The position numbers were made by a program, and so were the translations under genes. The notes under the pieces were generated by a model. The model was not told the DNA's origin. It made no database searches and worked only from the letters and a program-made list of their open reading frames with translations. Source: an uncultured bacterium (GTDB taxonomy: Bacteria > SAR324 > NAC60-12). Taken from it: a DNA stretch of 64,000 nt. The DNA lies in contig CBFIJD010000015.1 in NCBI GenBank assembly GCA_965662845.1, forward strand, positions 1 through 64,000, given 5' to 3'. This document shows, one piece after another, positions 1-8,552 of the stretch (its first letter is position 1; every line of letters starts with the position of its first letter).

Positions 1-426
1 GTGATTGAAGAGTCCACCGCGATGGTCTGCGCGCAGGTCATCGGCTATGACGCGTCCATCAGCATTGGCGGCCTATCGGGCAACTTTGAACTCAACGTGA
101 TGCTGCCGATGGTCGCGCACAGTTTGTTGGAGTCCATTCGCTTGCTGGCGAACGCCGCGCGCAACTTGGCTGACCGCTCGGTGTCACGCCTCACGGTTCG
201 CGAGGCGCACATCAACGAGCTTGTGGGGAAGAACCCAATTCTGGTGACCGTGCTCAACCCGTTGATCGGCTACGACCTCGCCGCCAAGATCGCCAAGACC
301 GCCTTTGCCGAGAACCGCTCGCTGCGTGAAGTCGCGCTCGAGCTCGCTGGGGACAAAATCAGCGAAGCCGAACTTGACAAGGCGCTGGATCCCGTCCAGA
401 TGACGAAGATTGGTTTCGTCGAGTAA
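1..426 (+). CDS. fumC: Class II fumarate hydratase, C-terminal part (5' truncated by window edge)
   Basis: GNFELNVMLP and LVTVLNPLIGYD.AAKIAK.A motifs of the fumarase/aspartase family. Confidence 0.85.
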   Translation: MIEESTAMVCAQVIGYDASISIGGLSGNFELNVMLPMVAHSLLESIRLLANAARNLADRSVSRLTVREAHINELVGKNPILVTVLNPLIGYDLAAKIAKTAFAENRSLREVALELAGDKISEAELDKALDPVQMTKIGFVE

Positions 427-440
427 TTCCAGCTTTTGTG

Positions 441-465
441 GCCCGTCGTTTTCTGGGCGGCGGGC
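441..465. terminator. Possible stem-loop after fumC
   Basis: GCCCGTCGTT-ttctg-GGCGGCGGGC inverted repeat with G-U pairs; no clear U tract. Confidence 0.3.
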
Positions 466-574
466 TCTGCGGTGGTTCGCTTCAATTCTCCCGACGTGAT
501 TCTTGACTTGCCGATTCCTCTCAAACTTTCGAGAGTCCTGCCTTTTTCACAAAATCTGGTCAACAGAGGACGCC

Positions 575-1633
575 ATGCAATCAACCAACAATCTCAATGT
601 CACAGAGATTTCACCGCTGACCCCGCCGCACGAAATCAAGCAAGAGCTCCCGATGACGGAGAAGGCGAACGCGGTCGTCGTGAGCGCTCGCCAAACGATT
701 CGTCATATTTTAGATCGCGAAGATCATCGCTTATTCGCGGTTGTGGGGCCGTGCTCGATTCATGATCCCAAAGCGGCGATGGAATACGCTGAGCGCCTGA
801 AGCGGCTCCACGACGAGCTGAAAGATCGGATCTATATCATCATGCGGGTCTATTTTGAGAAGCCACGGACGACCATCGGCTGGAAGGGGTTGATCAACGA
901 TCCGGATTTGAACGGCACACACCAAGTGGAGAAAGGGCTGCGCCTAGCTCGTAAGATTTTGTTAGATATCAATGAGTTGGGGCTCCCTGCCGCAACAGAG
1001 ACACTCGACCCCATCACGCCACAATACATCGCAGAGCTGCTCTCATGGAGCGCGATTGGCGCCAGAACGACCGAATCGCAGACCCACCGAGAGATGACCA
1101 GCGGGCTCTCGATGCCCGTCGGGTTCAAGAATGGTACAGATGGTGGGCTAGAGATCGCGGTGAACGCCATTCAATCGGCTTCGGAGCCGCATCATTTCTT
1201 AGGCATCAATGGCGAAGGGTTGGCTTCTGTGGTGAAGACGACGGGGAATCGCTACTGCCACATCGTGTTGCGTGGTGGCAAACATGGCCCAAACTTCGAC
1301 GCGCTGTCGATTCAAGACACCGAAGAAATCCTCTCGAAGCACGGGGTGCGTCCGGCGATCATGGTGGACTGTAGTCATGGCAACTCTAACAAGCGGCCTG
1401 AAAAGCAAGAGATTGTGCTGCGAGACATCGTCCGGCAGATCGTGGATGGCAATCAATCCATCGTAGGAACCATGATTGAGAGCCACTTGCACGGAGGGAA
1501 TCAGAAGATTAGCCCAGAGATGCAATACGGGGTCTCGATCACAGACAAGTGCTTGGATTGGGAGAGTACAGAGCGAGCCCTGCGGGATGCCTATGAACAC
1601 CTTGGCAATTTGCAGTACCTCACCAATTGTTGA
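575..1633 (+). CDS. 3-deoxy-7-phosphoheptulonate (DAHP) synthase, class I-alpha (AroF/G/H family)
   Basis: GPCSIHD, RVYFEKPRT, IGARTTESQ, GFKNGT and DCSHGNS motifs; ATG 575 follows AGAGGA. Confidence 0.95.
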   Translation: MQSTNNLNVTEISPLTPPHEIKQELPMTEKANAVVVSARQTIRHILDREDHRLFAVVGPCSIHDPKAAMEYAERLKRLHDELKDRIYIIMRVYFEKPRTTIGWKGLINDPDLNGTHQVEKGLRLARKILLDINELGLPAATETLDPITPQYIAELLSWSAIGARTTESQTHREMTSGLSMPVGFKNGTDGGLEIAVNAIQSASEPHHFLGINGEGLASVVKTTGNRYCHIVLRGGKHGPNFDALSIQDTEEILSKHGVRPAIMVDCSHGNSNKRPEKQEIVLRDIVRQIVDGNQSIVGTMIESHLHGGNQKISPEMQYGVSITDKCLDWESTERALRDAYEHLGNLQYLTNC

Positions 1634-1648
1634 AAATTATGAAAAAAA

Positions 1649-1677
1649 TTGACTTTTCACCGCAAGTTCCAGATTCT
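1649..1677 (+). promoter_or_regulatory. Putative sigma70 promoter for rpmG-rpmB
   Basis: TTGACT, 17 bp spacer, GATTCT, preceded by an A-rich UP-like tract. Confidence 0.45.
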
Positions 1678-1730
1678 TTTTGATTTTCATTTTTCCGGCA
1701 AATCTTCTGCCGCAATGACTGGAGCAAGTT

Positions 1731-1892
1731 ATGGCCAAGAACGCCAACCGCGTTTTCGTGAAAATGAAGAGCCCGGAGAGCGGGTACATGTATTACACGT
1801 CTAAAAACCGTGTCACGACCCCAGGTCGTTTAGAGCTTCGCAAATACGATCCTGTCGTACGCAAGCACGTCATGTTCAAAGAAACCAAGTAA
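1731..1892 (+). CDS. rpmG: 50S ribosomal protein L33 (53 aa, Cys-free); absent from the ORF track
   Basis: Manual translation MAKNANRVFVKMKSPESGYMYYTSKNRVTTPGRLELRKYDPVVRKHVMFKETK; GGAG RBS upstream. Confidence 0.95.
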   Translation: MAKNANRVFVKMKSPESGYMYYTSKNRVTTPGRLELRKYDPVVRKHVMFKETK

Positions 1893-1937
1893 TTCATTTC
1901 CCTGTCGTGAGACAGCCGTCCTCAAAGGAGAATCCTC

Positions 1938-2177
1938 ATGGCCCGCCGCTGTGACATTACGGGCAAGCGCCCATTGACCGGAAACCGTGTCTCGCACGCA
2001 AACAACAAAACGAAGCACCGCCAGTTGCCCAACCTGCAAACGCGCCGGTACTTTGTGCCAGAACTAGGACGCACCGTCCGCCTGAAACTCTCGACTAGCG
2101 CCATCCGCACCATCGACAAGAAAGGCCTCGTACCCTTTCTGAAAGACAATGGAATGACCCTCCGCGACATCTCCTGA
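1938..2177 (+). CDS. rpmB: 50S ribosomal protein L28
   Basis: [39 protein letters not shown]. Confidence 0.97.
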   Translation: MARRCDITGKRPLTGNRVSHANNKTKHRQLPNLQTRRYFVPELGRTVRLKLSTSAIRTIDKKGLVPFLKDNGMTLRDIS

Positions 2178-2320
2178 TGTGCTCAAGGCGGGCCGTCTGG
2201 TTCGCCGCCACTCCCCATGTTTGGCTCACGGACAAAGGCAAAATTAGTTGAGTCTTGGGGCTGAATAGCCAACACTAACGGCTTTTGCGGTTTTTCATCT
2301 CTGGAACGCAGGAGAATCTC

Positions 2321-2579
2321 ATGCCGAGTTGGATGTATCACTCCACCACCAAGACCTTGGGCGTCGCTGCCGCGCTGATCGCGCTGCTGTTTTTGTTCAA
2401 ATATCAGCAGCGCCAGAGCAATCTGGAAACGATGCAGGAGGTGGAGCTATTGGATGTGCGCGTCGATATTGGAGAAAGTGAAAACCGTATCAGTACAGGA
2501 GTCTTCGGGACGGTGCTGAACCAGAGCCAAGACGACATCAAAGTGCTGGAAATTACGGTCGATTATCTGGGTGAAGAGG
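2321..2579 (+). CDS. Membrane-anchored hypothetical protein, interrupted by a gap; possibly FxLYD-like Ig domain
   Basis: AGGAG RBS, N-terminal TM, then GTVLNQSQDDIKVLEITVDYLG; runs into Ns. Confidence 0.55.
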
Positions 2580-2780
2580 NNNNNNNNNNNNNNNNNNNNN
2601 NNNNNNNNNNNNNNNNNNNNNNNNNNNNNNNNNNNNNNNNNNNNNNNNNNNNNNNNNNNNNNNNNNNNNNNNNNNNNNNNNNNNNNNNNNNNNNNNNNNN
2701 NNNNNNNNNNNNNNNNNNNNNNNNNNNNNNNNNNNNNNNNNNNNNNNNNNNNNNNNNNNNNNNNNNNNNNNCCCCTCTTC

Positions 2781-3467
2781 ATGTACATTCGGGTCAAAAA
2801 TCTCCACAAAAACTACCTCGATGGCGAAGGCCGCGAACTCCACATCTTGCGTGGTGTTGACCTGACGATCGAGCACTCTGGTGCGACGGCTGCGATCGTC
2901 GGCGCTTCGGGCACAGGCAAGAGCACCTTGCTGCATCTCTTGGGGTTGCTCGACCAGCCCGATCAAGGGCAGATTGAGATGGATGGCGTTCACTTCGGCG
3001 AACTCTCTCGTGATGCCCAAGCGCGCTTCCGAAATGAGCACGTCGGGTTCATTTTCCAGTTTCACCAGTTGCTACAAGATTTTAGTGCGTTAGAAAATGT
3101 GATGATGCCGGCCCTGGTGCGCGGAGAGAGCCGCCCGAAGGCCCAACATCGCGCGACCGAGCTGCTAGAGAAGGTGGGGTTACGGGAGCGCTTGTTGCAT
3201 AAGTCCTCCCAACTCTCAGGCGGAGAACAGCAGCGAGTGGCCATCGCGCGGGCGCTGGTCAATCGACCACAGCTTCTGCTAGCAGATGAGCCAACCGGCA
3301 ACTTGGATCGAGACACTGAAGCGCAAGTGTTGAAGACGCTGCTGCAGTGCAACGCCGATGAACAAACCACCATGTTGATGATTACCCACAACCCTCAGCT
3401 CGCCGCCGCGATGCAATACCAATATCGCTTACTCGACGGCTTGTTGCACTCGGAACCTGTTCCCTAA
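2781..3467 (+). CDS. lolD: Lipoprotein-releasing ABC ATPase LolD
   Basis: GASGTGKSTLL, GFIFQFHQLL (LolD motif), LSGGEQQRVAIARAL, ADEPTGNLD; lies upstream of bamA. Confidence 0.85.
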   Translation: MYIRVKNLHKNYLDGEGRELHILRGVDLTIEHSGATAAIVGASGTGKSTLLHLLGLLDQPDQGQIEMDGVHFGELSRDAQARFRNEHVGFIFQFHQLLQDFSALENVMMPALVRGESRPKAQHRATELLEKVGLRERLLHKSSQLSGGEQQRVAIARALVNRPQLLLADEPTGNLDRDTEAQVLKTLLQCNADEQTTMLMITHNPQLAAAMQYQYRLLDGLLHSEPVP

Positions 3468-3491
3468 CCGCATACACGCCGCACTCATTAA

Positions 3492-5921
3492 ATGCCCACA
3501 GCCTGTTGTCTCCGTTGGCTCCGCCGACAGGTCACTGTGATCCTGCTGACAGGATTGCTCTTTTGGCCTCTCAGCGTGTTGGGGCAGGACGCCCCGCGCA
3601 TTCTCGACATCGAAGTTCAAGGGACCTCGGAGCTGGAAGAGGCCCAGCTCCTGTTCTCGATTGAAAGCCAAGTCAACACGCCCCTTGACCGCTCCCGCAT
3701 CCGTGAAGACCTGCGCATCATCTATGACACCGGGCTCTTCACCGACGTCCGCGCCGAGGTCGAACCCCTCGCCGAAGGCTACCTCCTCCGTTACGTTGTC
3801 CAAGAACGCCCCCGCCTGCTCTCGGTGCGTCTCGAAGGCATCTACTTGCTCGACCGCGACGAAGTCCTCGACGAAATCTCCTTGCGCGCCCGCGACATTT
3901 ACGACCCCCTCAAAGTACAAGCGGACGAAGAATGGATCCGCAACAAATACCGCCTAGAAGGGTATGCGACTGTACGTGTGCTACATCGGGTCGAGAAGGT
4001 CTCTGAGACGGAATATCGCCTGACCTATGTCGCCCAAGAGCAGCCGCGCGTTTACCTCACAGATCTCACCATCAACGGGACCACCGTCTTCTCAGAGATC
4101 GACCTCAAGCGCTACATGATCAGCGCAGAGATCGACTGTTTCAACTGGATCAACGACTCCGGTATTTTTCAAGAAGAACGCGTCAACCAAGATTTGGCCG
4201 TCATCACGCAAAAATATCTGCAAGACGGCTACATCAGAGTCTTCATTGATAAGCCCGACGTCACGATATTTCACAATCCTGAATACAGCCGTGTGGAAGT
4301 CGTGATGGATATCGCAGAAGGCGACCAATACTTCACAGGTCAGGTAGAGGTGAGCGGTGACCTGATTGAAGAGCCGGAAAAGCTGCTGGAGCAGCTCGAA
4401 TTGCGCCAAGGGGACGTCTATAATCCATTTTTGCAAAACCGCGATCGGGCTCAATTGGATGAGATTTACCAAGAGCGGGGGTATGCGTTTGTGCGAGTCA
4501 TTCCACGCACCCAGATCCATGAAGACAACAAAACGGTTGACGTCAACTACCGCATCATCCGCGGTGAAAAAGCATACATTGGCCAAATCTCCGTCGCTGG
4601 CAACACCGAGACGCGCGATCATGTCATTCGTCGGGAGTTTGAGGTCAACGAAGCGGAACTGTTCAACGGGAAAAAGCTCCGGCTGAGCCAAGAAAACCTA
4701 AGTAAGCTGGGGTTTTTTGAGCCCGGGTTGCGCCTTGAGCGCTTGCGGAGGCCAGAAGAGGACAACGTGTTAGACTTGATGGCACGCCTAAAAGAGACCC
4801 AGACAGGTACGTTTCAGGCGCAGATCGGGTACAGCGACGTTTCGGGGTTTACGGGGGGGCTCTCCCTGACGAAAGGGAACCTGTTTGGTAACGGCCAAAC
4901 GCTGCGGTTGAGCGCTCAATTCAGTGAACAAGATGTCACAAATGAATACAGCGTCACCCTCATCGAGCCGCGTCTCTTCAGCACTCAGGTCTCTTCCTCG
5001 GTTCAGTTTTCCCATCGTCGCCTCTCGGATAACACAGACCTGGAGCGCGGTTCCCTACGCGAGAACTCCTATGGCACCAGCTTCGGGGCGCCGGTGTATT
5101 GGCGGGACTTGCGCCTCTCTGTGAGCTGGAACGCGGTCGATCGCCTGTATGACAACGGGGACTACGATATTTTCAAGCGCTCTGTGGCGCCGACGTTGAC
5201 CTACAACACCGTGAACCACCCGGTGTTTCCTTCCGAAGGCATCAAAACGAGTCTGACCTTAGTGCAGACAGGGACGCCGTTTGGTGGAAACGTGGAGCTG
5301 CGGGAGTACATTGCGGCATATCAGCAATTTTGGGCCTTAAACGAGCCCCAAACCCTGATTTTTATGGCGAAGGCGCGGCTGGGCTGGCTGGAAAAAATTG
5401 GGGACGCACGCATCCCTCCTGAAGACCGGTATCGCATCGGTGGTCTGAACACCGTCCGTGGACACAACTACTACGCGATTGCGGGCCCCTTCGGTGGTCG
5501 AGAGCGCATCCGCAACCAAGAGGTGACCTCATTCATCAACGAACTCGGTTTGACACAAACGCAAATTGTCGACGAGCGCATTCGGGATCTGAGCTTTGAT
5601 GAGTTGCAGCAGCTGCAAAGCGGCGGTGTCTCAGAGCGCGTCTTCAATGTGGAGTTGTTGTTCCCGCTGAGCCGAGACGAGCGCAGCTTTATCCGAGGGG
5701 TGGTGTTCTATGACGCGGGGAACGTAAACGCGGAGCCAGAGCAGTATGAACTGTTGGGCGAGAAGGAGCCTTCGTTTTTAGATCTGCGCCGCAGCACAGG
5801 CGGGGGCGTGCGGCTCATTACGCCGATGGGCGTGCTACGCTTTGAGTATGGGATCAAGCTGGACACACGCCCTGGAGAGAGCCCAGATCGCTTTGACTTT
5901 AGCATCAGCGGATTGTTCTGA
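3492..5921 (+). CDS. bamA: Outer membrane protein assembly factor BamA
   Basis: Signal peptide, five POTRA repeats (GNTETRDHVIRRE), NLFGNGQ, VRG motif, C-terminal FSISGLF. Confidence 0.95.
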   Translation: MPTACCLRWLRRQVTVILLTGLLFWPLSVLGQDAPRILDIEVQGTSELEEAQLLFSIESQVNTPLDRSRIREDLRIIYDTGLFTDVRAEVEPLAEGYLLRYVVQERPRLLSVRLEGIYLLDRDEVLDEISLRARDIYDPLKVQADEEWIRNKYRLEGYATVRVLHRVEKVSETEYRLTYVAQEQPRVYLTDLTINGTTVFSEIDLKRYMISAEIDCFNWINDSGIFQEERVNQDLAVITQKYLQDGYIRVFIDKPDVTIFHNPEYSRVEVVMDIAEGDQYFTGQVEVSGDLIEEPEKLLEQLELRQGDVYNPFLQNRDRAQLDEIYQERGYAFVRVIPRTQIHEDNKTVDVNYRIIRGEKAYIGQISVAGNTETRDHVIRREFEVNEAELFNGKKLRLSQENLSKLGFFEPGLRLERLRRPEEDNVLDLMARLKETQTGTFQAQIGYSDVSGFTGGLSLTKGNLFGNGQTLRLSAQFSEQDVTNEYSVTLIEPRLFSTQVSSSVQFSHRRLSDNTDLERGSLRENSYGTSFGAPVYWRDLRLSVSWNAVDRLYDNGDYDIFKRSVAPTLTYNTVNHPVFPSEGIKTSLTLVQTGTPFGGNVELREYIAAYQQFWALNEPQTLIFMAKARLGWLEKIGDARIPPEDRYRIGGLNTVRGHNYYAIAGPFGGRERIRNQEVTSFINELGLTQTQIVDERIRDLSFDELQQLQSGGVSERVFNVELLFPLSRDERSFIRGVVFYDAGNVNAEPEQYELLGEKEPSFLDLRRSTGGGVRLITPMGVLRFEYGIKLDTRPGESPDRFDFSISGLF

Positions 5922-5994
5922 GGAAATCGCGGGCGGACGGGCGAGGGAGGGACGACTGCGCTGGAAGGAGAGCCTCCGCGCAGCCAAAGAGAGA

Positions 5995-6768
5995 TTAGCC
6001 GACGGTGTTGTACCCGGCATCTACGTAGTGAATGCCACCGGTCATGTTCTGAGCACCTGGGCCAACGAGGAAAGCGGTCATTGCGCCGACATCACTTGGG
6101 CCACAGAGGCGCTTCAATGGAGAGCGCTCCTTGTTGATGTCAATCAGCTTGTCGAAGTTCTGAATCCCCGAAGCCGCGCGCGTCATCATGGTGCCTGGAG
6201 AGACCGCGTGCACGCGGATGTTCTGTGGCCCAAGCTCAGACGCCATGTATGTGGCGCAGGACTCCAGCGCGGCTTTCATCGGCCCCATGAATCCGTAATT
6301 TTCGACCGCACGGTGCGAGCCGAGATAGGTCATGGTCACGAGGGTTCCTCCGTTGTCTTNNNNNNNNNNNNNNNNNNNNNNNNNNNNNNNNNNNNNNNNN
6401 NNNNATGAAACGCGCATCGCAAAGTTGAAGTCGTCGGCTTTCACATCAACCAAGCGCGAGGAGACCATGTCTTTGGTGGCAGAAGCCATCGCGTGTACGA
6501 CAAAGTCGAGCGTTCCCCATTCTTTTTTCAAGTTTTCAAAAACCGCCTCGACTTGACCTTCTGCCATGATGTCAAACGGCATCATCAAGTTTGAGGGAAT
6601 GTTCAAATGGTCGGCCAGCGGTTGGACGTGCTTGAGGGCCTTCTCATTTAAGTAAGTTGCGGCCAGCTCAGCGCCTTGCTCTTTGCAAGCTTGGGCGCAG
6701 CCGTAGGCGATGCTGCTGTCGTTCGCGATGCCGATGATCAGTCCTTTTTTTCCAGCGAGAGATGACAT
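5995..6768 (-). CDS. fabI: Enoyl-ACP reductase (contains a short gap)
   Basis: GIANDSSIAYG, Y-x6-K (YGFMGPMK), TRAASGI, YVDAG. Confidence 0.9.
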   Translation of the reverse strand: MSSLAGKKGLIIGIANDSSIAYGCAQACKEQGAELAATYLNEKALKHVQPLADHLNIPSNLMMPFDIMAEGQVEAVFENLKKEWGTLDFVVHAMASATKDMVSSRLVDVKADDFNFAMRVSXXXXXXXXXXXXXXXXDNGGTLVTMTYLGSHRAVENYGFMGPMKAALESCATYMASELGPQNIRVHAVSPGTMMTRAASGIQNFDKLIDINKERSPLKRLCGPSDVGAMTAFLVGPGAQNMTGGIHYVDAGYNTVG

Positions 6769-6807
6769 AATGAGTCCTTGGGGGTGCAGGTTGAGAATCC
6801 GCCTAAC

Positions 6808-7515
6808 TCACAAACCGAGATAGGCTTTTTTGACGTCGTCATTGGAAAGCAGGTTGACCGCTGAATCGGTCAGCGTAATGTGCCCGTTTTCCATCACATA
6901 GCCCCGATGGGCTAATTTCAGCGCTAAGTTCGCGTTCTGTTCTACCAAGAAGATCGTGGTTTTTTGTTCTTTGTTAATCTGACGCAGAATTTCGAAGATT
7001 TGTTTTACGATCAAGGGCGCCAGCCCTAAAGAAGGTTCATCCAATAGCAGCAAGCGCGGTCTAGCCATGAGCGCTCGAGAGATGGCTAGCATCTGTTGTT
7101 CGCCGCCGCTCAGAGTCCCCCCTGCCTGCTTCTGGCGCTTGCGCAAGATCGGGAACAGCTCCATCATCCGCTCTAAGTCGCGTTTGATCTCGGCGCGGTC
7201 GCTGCGCAGATAGGCTCCCATCTCCAAATTTTCGCGAACGGTGAATTGCGGGAAAATGCGGCGTCCTTCCGGAACTTGACAGACTCCCAGTGAGACGATT
7301 TGGTCGGGAGACAGATTGTGCAGCGGCACGTTTTCAAAGAGGACGGCGCCGTGTCGAGGTTTGACTAAGCCTGAGACCGACATCAGCGTCGTGGTTTTGC
7401 CTGCGCCGTTTCCGCCAATCAGGGTGATGATTTCACCCTCGTTGATCGTGAGAGATACGCCCTTGAGCGCTTGGATGTTCCCATAGAAACTTTGAACGTC
7501 GCGTAGTTCTAGCAT
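6808..7515 (-). CDS. livF: Branched-chain amino acid ABC transporter ATPase LivF
   Basis: GGNGAGKTT, VPEGRRIF, LSGGEQQMLA, DEPSLGLAP, EQNA, AYLG. Confidence 0.93.
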   Translation of the reverse strand: MLELRDVQSFYGNIQALKGVSLTINEGEIITLIGGNGAGKTTTLMSVSGLVKPRHGAVLFENVPLHNLSPDQIVSLGVCQVPEGRRIFPQFTVRENLEMGAYLRSDRAEIKRDLERMMELFPILRKRQKQAGGTLSGGEQQMLAISRALMARPRLLLLDEPSLGLAPLIVKQIFEILRQINKEQKTTIFLVEQNANLALKLAHRGYVMENGHITLTDSAVNLLSNDDVKKAYLGL

Positions 7516-8318
7516 CAGATCTCCATATCTTCGCCAAGATAGGCCTTGATGACGTCCGGATGGTTACGGATTTCGGCAGGTCGGCCTTCAGCGATCTTTT
7601 GACCATGGTCGAGCACGACAATGCGGTCCGAGATCTTCATGACGAGCTTCATGTCGTGCTCAATCAGCAGAATCGAGATGCGAAATTCGTCGCGAAGTTG
7701 AGCAATCAACTCGTCCAACTCCTGTGTCTCTTGCGGGTTCATGCCCGCTGCGGGTTCGTCGAGCAGCAGGAGAAACGGTTCGGTTGCCAGAGCTCGGGCA
7801 ATCTCAAGGCGACGCTGCGCGGCATACGGTAGACTGTTCGCGGGTTGCTGCGCCAACTCTGCGAGTTGTAGTCGTTGTAGCAGGCGATAGGAAATCTCAA
7901 TCGTTGCGGCTTCTTCTTCGCGCGTCTTGCGGTCACGCAAGATGGCCCCCAAGAGGCTGGCTTGGGTGCGGCAATGGCGCCCAACCATCACATTTTCTAA
8001 GACGGTCATGCTGCCAAACAGGCGGATGTTTTGGAACGTACGCGCCATCCCGAGGGTGGTGATCACGTTGGGCTTAAGTCCGTTAACGCGCTGAGCCGCG
8101 GCCTCCGGTGGCCGTAAAATGACGTTTCCGCTGGTGGGCTTGTAGATGCCTGTTGTGCAGTTGAAGCAGGTCGTCTTGCCAGCTCCATTGGGCCCTATGA
8201 GCGCTAAGATCTCATTAGATTGAATCTGGAAGCTCACGCCATCAATCGCGCGCAGACCGCCAAATTCCATCGTCAACTGTTCCAGCTGTAGCACTGGAAT
8301 GGATTGTTTGTTCGACAT
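7515..8318 (-). CDS. livG: Branched-chain amino acid ABC transporter ATPase LivG
   Basis: FGGLRA, GPNGAGKTT, RTFQNIRLF, DEPAAGMN, IEHDM, AYLG. Confidence 0.93.
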   Translation of the reverse strand: MSNKQSIPVLQLEQLTMEFGGLRAIDGVSFQIQSNEILALIGPNGAGKTTCFNCTTGIYKPTSGNVILRPPEAAAQRVNGLKPNVITTLGMARTFQNIRLFGSMTVLENVMVGRHCRTQASLLGAILRDRKTREEEAATIEISYRLLQRLQLAELAQQPANSLPYAAQRRLEIARALATEPFLLLLDEPAAGMNPQETQELDELIAQLRDEFRISILLIEHDMKLVMKISDRIVVLDHGQKIAEGRPAEIRNHPDVIKAYLGEDMEI

Positions 8319-8552
8319 TACTCCCGCTTCTGGGCGATACGTTGCCACAAGTTTCTCATAAAAACAATCACGTCCGCCGCGAAAATTGTCAGAAAACTTG
8401 TGAAAAAACAAAGCTGTTTTAATTTGGGCTTAGAGACCTTCTCGCCGACCGTTCCCACCGCCTCCACTCCGCCGTTTGGCAAGGGGAGAATCGGTATGAA
8501 CGCTGCAAAAAAAGCCCAACATATCAACATCTTTTGAGAAAGAAGTCGAACC

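Noticed and set aside
2580..2771. Apparent absence of lolC/E before lolD and of livHM near livGF
   Set aside because: An assembly gap precedes lolD, and dispersed operons are common in this window, so absence cannot be claimed.
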